Shown piece after piece: positions 17,700 to 21,382 of a stretch of 21,382 nucleotides of DNA. Source of the DNA: Gemmatimonadota bacterium (GTDB lineage: Bacteria > Gemmatimonadota > Gemmatimonadetes > Longimicrobiales > RSA9). The notes below the pieces were generated by a model that saw only the letters and a program-made list of their open reading frames with translations, had not been told where the DNA came from and made no database searches. Each line of letters opens with the position of its first letter. Position 1 is the first letter of the stretch. The position numbers and the translations under genes were made by a program. The stretch lies in NCBI GenBank assembly GCA_040905425.1, contig JBBDRO010000086.1, forward strand, positions 1 through 21,382, given 5' to 3'.

Positions 17700-18134
17700 T
17701 CAGACCACGGCCAGGTCCCGGCCGAATTCGTCGAGCAGCGCGTCATCGTAGCGGTCGGCCACGCCGGCGGTACGCAGCAGCAGGTCCTCGAGCTCGGCGG
17801 GGTCGATGTCCTCCAGCTTGCGCCCCGCCTGCAGCAGCACCACATCCTGCGCGTTCACGCTGAAGGCCGCCTTGCCACACAGGGCGTCGTTGAGCTCCAG
17901 CAGGCGCCGGTAGATGGGCTCGCGGTCCCCGTCGGGCAGGCGCATGATCTCACACACCGCCAGCACGTCGCCGCCGCCCGGCTCGTCCGGAGCTGGCTTC
18001 ACGAGCACGAGCCCCGTGGCCGAACCCTTCCGGAAGACCCACGAATTCTCGTCCAGGCGCTGCTCCTGGGCGTTGCCCCCGAAGCGCTCGATAATGCCGC
18101 CGATGATGGCGCGGATTTCCTCGATGCTGCTCAT
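17700..18134 (-). CDS. YbjN/CesT (T3SS-chaperone fold)-like protein, 144 aa
   Basis: GAGGAG RBS before ATG 18134. Acidic, with WVFRKGSA, YRRLLELN and ADRYDDALLDEFG. Confidence 0.78.
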   Translation of the reverse strand: MSSIEEIRAIIGGIIERFGGNAQEQRLDENSWVFRKGSATGLVLVKPAPDEPGGGDVLAVCEIMRLPDGDREPIYRRLLELNDALCGKAAFSVNAQDVVLLQAGRKLEDIDPAELEDLLLRTAGVADRYDDALLDEFGRDLAVV

Positions 18135-18234
18135 GCGCTCCTCGTCCCTTGAAGTAGGCCGGCAGAATGGGGCGCCTGGCGCTCCGCCGCAACGGGGCCG
18201 GGGCGCGAGCACGGCACTTGCCGGGAATTTCTGT

Positions 18235-18723
18235 ATGCGACGAGGCCCGTCCGACTCCACCTCCGAATCTACCCACGTAGCACGCGTCCGCGCGCTCAGC
18301 CGGGTGCTGGATGACGCCGTGCGCGTGCCGGGCACCAACATGCGCTTCGGCCTGGATGGGATCATCGGCTTGCTGCCGGGTGCCGGAGACCTGCTGGGCA
18401 GCGCCCTGGGTCTGTACGCCCTGGCGGCGGCGGGCGCGGCGGGTGCGCCGCGCAGCCTCATGGTGCGTATGGCGGGCAATCTGGCCGCGGACGCGGTGAT
18501 CGGTGCCGTGCCGGTGCTGGGTGACCTGTTCGACTTCGCCTTCAAGGCGCACCGCCGCAACGCCCGCCTGCTGGAGGGCTGGGCCGCGACTCCGGAACGT
18601 ACGGAGCGGGCCAGCCGCCTCACGGTCGTGGCCGTGGTGGCGGGCGTCACGGTGGTGCTGCTCGGGGCCCTGGTGCTGGGCGGCTGGCTGCTGGCCAGCG
18701 CGCTCAGGGTGCTGGTGCCCTGA
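18235..18723 (+). CDS. DUF4112-family membrane protein
   Basis: LDDAVRVPGTNMRFGLDGIIGLLPGAGD and GAVPVLGDLFDFAFKAHRRN. Start approximate. Confidence 0.88.
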   Translation: MRRGPSDSTSESTHVARVRALSRVLDDAVRVPGTNMRFGLDGIIGLLPGAGDLLGSALGLYALAAAGAAGAPRSLMVRMAGNLAADAVIGAVPVLGDLFDFAFKAHRRNARLLEGWAATPERTERASRLTVVAVVAGVTVVLLGALVLGGWLLASALRVLVP

Positions 18724-18735
18724 AGGCCCCCGTGG

Positions 18736-18942
18736 TCAGGCTGCCGGCGGCGGCGGCGGAGGCGGCTCGCTGCTGCTGCCGCCCCGCAGCTTGCTCACGA
18801 TCCACCAGATCACGGCCACGATGAGGACGATGATGATGGCCACCATCCAGAAGGCCAGCTCGAACAGGTCACCGATGAGGTCGCAGCCGCTGGCGGTCAG
18901 GGCCAACACGGCCAGGCTCAGGATGTTCAGTACGCGGCGCAT
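18736..18942 (-). CDS. Small 68-aa lipoprotein with a second TM helix and a poly-Pro tail
   Basis: GGGAGG RBS, signal MRRVLNILSLAVLALTASG-C, hydrophobic FWMVAIIIVLIVAVIWWIV and PPPPPPP. Confidence 0.8.
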   Translation of the reverse strand: MRRVLNILSLAVLALTASGCDLIGDLFELAFWMVAIIIVLIVAVIWWIVSKLRGGSSSEPPPPPPPAA

Positions 18943-19191
18943 GGGCGCCTCCCTCTCGTTCGTGCGCGGGCCGGCGGACCGCACTCCCGTGAGCCCCGCC
19001 GGATGGCGGGGCGGCCGGCAGGCCGGCGTAGGGGCAACGACCATGCCGGTGCCGGTGACGCGCCACCGGAAAGGTGCGCGGGGACGTCGCTTGGAGCACG
19101 TGGTGAAAAGGTGAACGTTCGTTCCACTGGACGCTGGTGCCGCAGCGCCGGCATATTGGACTTCCTTCCCACCTGAGCCCCGGAGGCAGTC

Positions 19192-19629
19192 ATGACCCTA
19201 GGTGACATCCTGCGCAACAAAGGCCACCATGTGGTGACCATCGAGCCGGATCGGACGGTGCTGGACGCCATGCGCCTGCTCGTGGAGCACGGCATCGGCG
19301 GGGTGGTGGTCATGCGGGAGGGGGCGGACATGGTGGGGATTCTGACCGAGCGCGATGTGCTCCGGCTGGGTGCCGAGGATCCGCGCCGGCTGACCGACAC
19401 GCCGGTCTCGGAAGCCATGACCACGGAACTCGTGGTGGCTACGCCCGAGGATGGTCTGAGCCACGTCATGGACGTGATGACGCACAACCGGATACGGCAT
19501 CTGCCGGTGGTGCAGGCCGGTCGGTTGGCGGGGATCGTGTCCATCGGGGACGTGGTCAACGCGTGCCGCAAGGATGTCGAGGGTGAGAACGAGCACCTGC
19601 GCAAGTACATTCACGGCGTTACGGCCTGA
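19192..19629 (+). CDS. Stand-alone CBS-pair protein
   Basis: GGAGG RBS. Motifs ILRNKG, VGILTERD, RIRHLPVV and GIVSIGDVV. Confidence 0.93.
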   Translation: MTLGDILRNKGHHVVTIEPDRTVLDAMRLLVEHGIGGVVVMREGADMVGILTERDVLRLGAEDPRRLTDTPVSEAMTTELVVATPEDGLSHVMDVMTHNRIRHLPVVQAGRLAGIVSIGDVVNACRKDVEGENEHLRKYIHGVTA

Positions 19630-19682
19630 GGCCGCCCGCGCACCCGGCGCCGGGCGCCCCGCCAGGCCCCCGCCCGAGTAGC

Positions 19683-21382
19683 ATGAGCGCACCCGCGGCA
19701 GCCTACGAGGAACGCCTGGAGCGGCACACGGCTGAGCGTGCCGCGGCAGCCGCCCGCTCCCGCGCGCTGGGATCGGCGCGGCTGCTCGTTTTCGCGGGCC
19801 TGGTGGCGACGGGCGTGTGGGCAGAGCAGGTGCCGGGGCCGCTCCCGTTCGCCGTGCTGGCTGCCGTGGCGGTGACCTTTCTGGCGCTGGTGGCGGCGCA
19901 CGCGCGGGTGCGCCGGCGCGCGCGCTGGGCCGCCGATCTGGTGCGCGTACAGGAGGACGGGCTGGCGCGCGTGGCGCGCGCCTGGGAACGGCTGCCGCCG
20001 CGTCCCGCGCCGACCGGCGTGGATGACCATCACCTGGCCGCCGACCTGGACCTCTTCGGCCGCCCGGCGCTGGCCCAGCTGCTGGGCCCCACGGGTACGC
20101 CCGCGGGGCGGCGCACGCTGGCCGGCTGGCTGCTGGAATGCGCGCAGCCCGGCGAGGTGGCGGCGCGCCAGGCGGCGGTGCGTGTGCTGGCGGATAGCGC
20201 GGCGTGGCGGGATGCCATGGCCGTGCACGCCCACCGCGCCGCCTCCGTCACGCGCGCGGACGCCGAGGCCTTTCTGGACTGGGCGGAAGCGGAGCCGTGG
20301 CTGACCCGACGGCCGGCTCTGCTGTGGACGGCGCGCCTGCTGCCGCTGGTCACGCTGCTGCTCGCCGGACTGGAGCTGGCGGGCGTGCTGGAGCCGTCCC
20401 TCTGGATGCTCTCGCTGGCGGCGGCCGGCGTGCTGGCGCTCGGCCCCGCGGGCAAGCGGGTGGAGGCCACCTTCGATCGCGCCTTCGGCCGGGAGGGGAT
20501 CTTTCACGAGATCCCCGAGCTGCTCACACTGGCGGCGGACGTGCCGGAGGGGGCCGCCCGGCTCGAGGAGGTCCGGGCGCGGGTGGCCGGTGGCGGTGGC
20601 GCGCCGCGCGCGCTCGGGCGGCTGCGCCAGCTCATGTACAGCGCGGACGTGCGCCACGGCCCCGGGATCTTCTATGTGCCGCTGGTACTCCTCACGCTGT
20701 GGCCCTTCCACGTGCTGGCACGGCTGGAGCGCTGGCAGGCGCGCTGTGGGCCGCATGCGCGGGACTGGCTGGACGCCCTGGGTGAGCTGGAGGCGCTGGC
20801 CGCGCTCGCGGCGCTGGCGCACGACAACCCCGGCTGGGGCTACCCGGAGGTGGCGGCGGACGCCGGGTGGCTGACGGCGGAGGCGCTTGGCCACCCCATG
20901 CTGCCGCCCGCGGTGCGGGTGGACAATGATGTGGAGGTGGGGCCTCCCGGGACGTTTCTGCTGGTGACGGGCTCCAACATGTCGGGCAAGAGCACGCTGC
21001 TGCGCGCGCTCGGCGCCAACGTGGTGCTGGCGGGGGCGGGCGCGCCGGTGTGCGCGGCGCGGCTGCGCATGCCGCCCGTGGAGCTCCGCACCAGCGTGCA
21101 CGTGGAGGACTCCCTCACGGAGGGGATCTCCTTCTTCATGGCCCAGTTGCGCCGCGTGCGGGAGATCGTAGCGGCCGCCGACGCCGCGGCGGAAGGCGGG
21201 CCGCGCGTCTGCTACCTGCTGGACGAGATCCTGGCGGGGACCAACTCCGCGGAGCGGCGGGTGGCCGCCACGCGGGTCATCGGCCACCTGGTGGAGCGCG
21301 GCGCCATCGGCGCGGTCTCGACCCATGATCTGGAGCTGGCGGGGGAGGGCGCGCTGGGCGGGGCGGCGGGGGGGGGGGGGGG
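19683..21382 (+). CDS. MutS-related ATPase (domain V) with N-terminal TM segments, 3'-truncated by the window edge
   Basis: Open frame from ATG 19683 to the window end, absent from the ORF track. Motifs DLDLFG, LGHPML, TGSNMSGKSTLLR (from 20967), EDSLTEGISFF, LLDEILAGTNS and STHDLEL. Confidence 0.92.
   Translation, partial: MSAPAAAYEERLERHTAERAAAAARSRALGSARLLVFAGLVATGVWAEQVPGPLPFAVLAAVAVTFLALVAAHARVRRRARWAADLVRVQEDGLARVARAWERLPPRPAPTGVDDHHLAADLDLFGRPALAQLLGPTGTPAGRRTLAGWLLECAQPGEVAARQAAVRVLADSAAWRDAMAVHAHRAASVTRADAEAFLDWAEAEPWLTRRPALLWTARLLPLVTLLLAGLELAGVLEPSLWMLSLAAAGVLALGPAGKRVEATFDRAFGREGIFHEIPELLTLAADVPEGAARLEEVRARVAGGGGAPRALGRLRQLMYSADVRHGPGIFYVPLVLLTLWPFHVLARLERWQARCGPHARDWLDALGELEALAALAALAHDNPGWGYPEVAADAGWLTAEALGHPMLPPAVRVDNDVEVGPPGTFLLVTGSNMSGKSTLLRALGANVVLAGAGAPVCAARLRMPPVELRTSVHVEDSLTEGISFFMAQLRRVREIVAAADAAAEGGPRVCYLLDEILAGTNSAERRVAATRVIGHLVERGAIGAVSTHDLELAGEGALGGAAGGGG

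Noticed and set aside
11345..18134. Genomic island integrated at tRNA-Arg(CCG)
   Set aside because: The genes look accessory, but I found no integrase, no transposase and no duplicated tRNA 3' end (att site) in the window.
10135..19629. Two CBS-only genes as a recent duplication or joint system
   Set aside because: Their sequences are quite divergent, they are 8.6 kb apart, and such genes are commonly multi-copy.
19611..21326. 571-aa minus-strand ORF
   Set aside because: Antisense shadow of the MutS-related gene, Arg/Gly/His-rich and without motifs, as is typical of high-GC DNA.
21368..21382. 15-nt poly-G run as a phase-variable tract or G-quadruplex
   Set aside because: It lies at the very end of the sequence and is most likely a sequencing or assembly end artefact.

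Overview
High-GC bacterial window, probably a whole metagenomic contig: it starts inside pstS and ends in a poly-G run. The gene content and protein styles suggest Gemmatimonadota (inference only). Order: pstSCAB-phoU; a tightly packed cluster of an SDR, a Dch-like crotonase, two lipoproteins and an isocitrate dehydrogenase; a decayed GT28/UgtP fragment; a glutaryl-CoA dehydrogenase-like gene; a CBS protein; a stable-RNA operon tRNA-Arg(ACG)-rnpB-tRNA-Arg(CCG); a minus-strand operon of PadR, a HAAS-like/ExbB-like fusion and a small MotA/TolQ/ExbB-like gene; a divergent beta-barrel plus S41 peptidase pair; a beta-propeller lipoprotein; an amidohydrolase pseudogene; YbjN-like, DUF4112 and small lipoprotein genes; a second CBS protein; and a membrane-anchored MutS-related ATPase missing from the ORF track. 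The best candidate for an undescribed system is the PadR-HAAS module, which has two paralogous ExbB/MotA-like membrane subunits and no ExbD/MotB partner. All family calls are by motif recognition, with no database searches.
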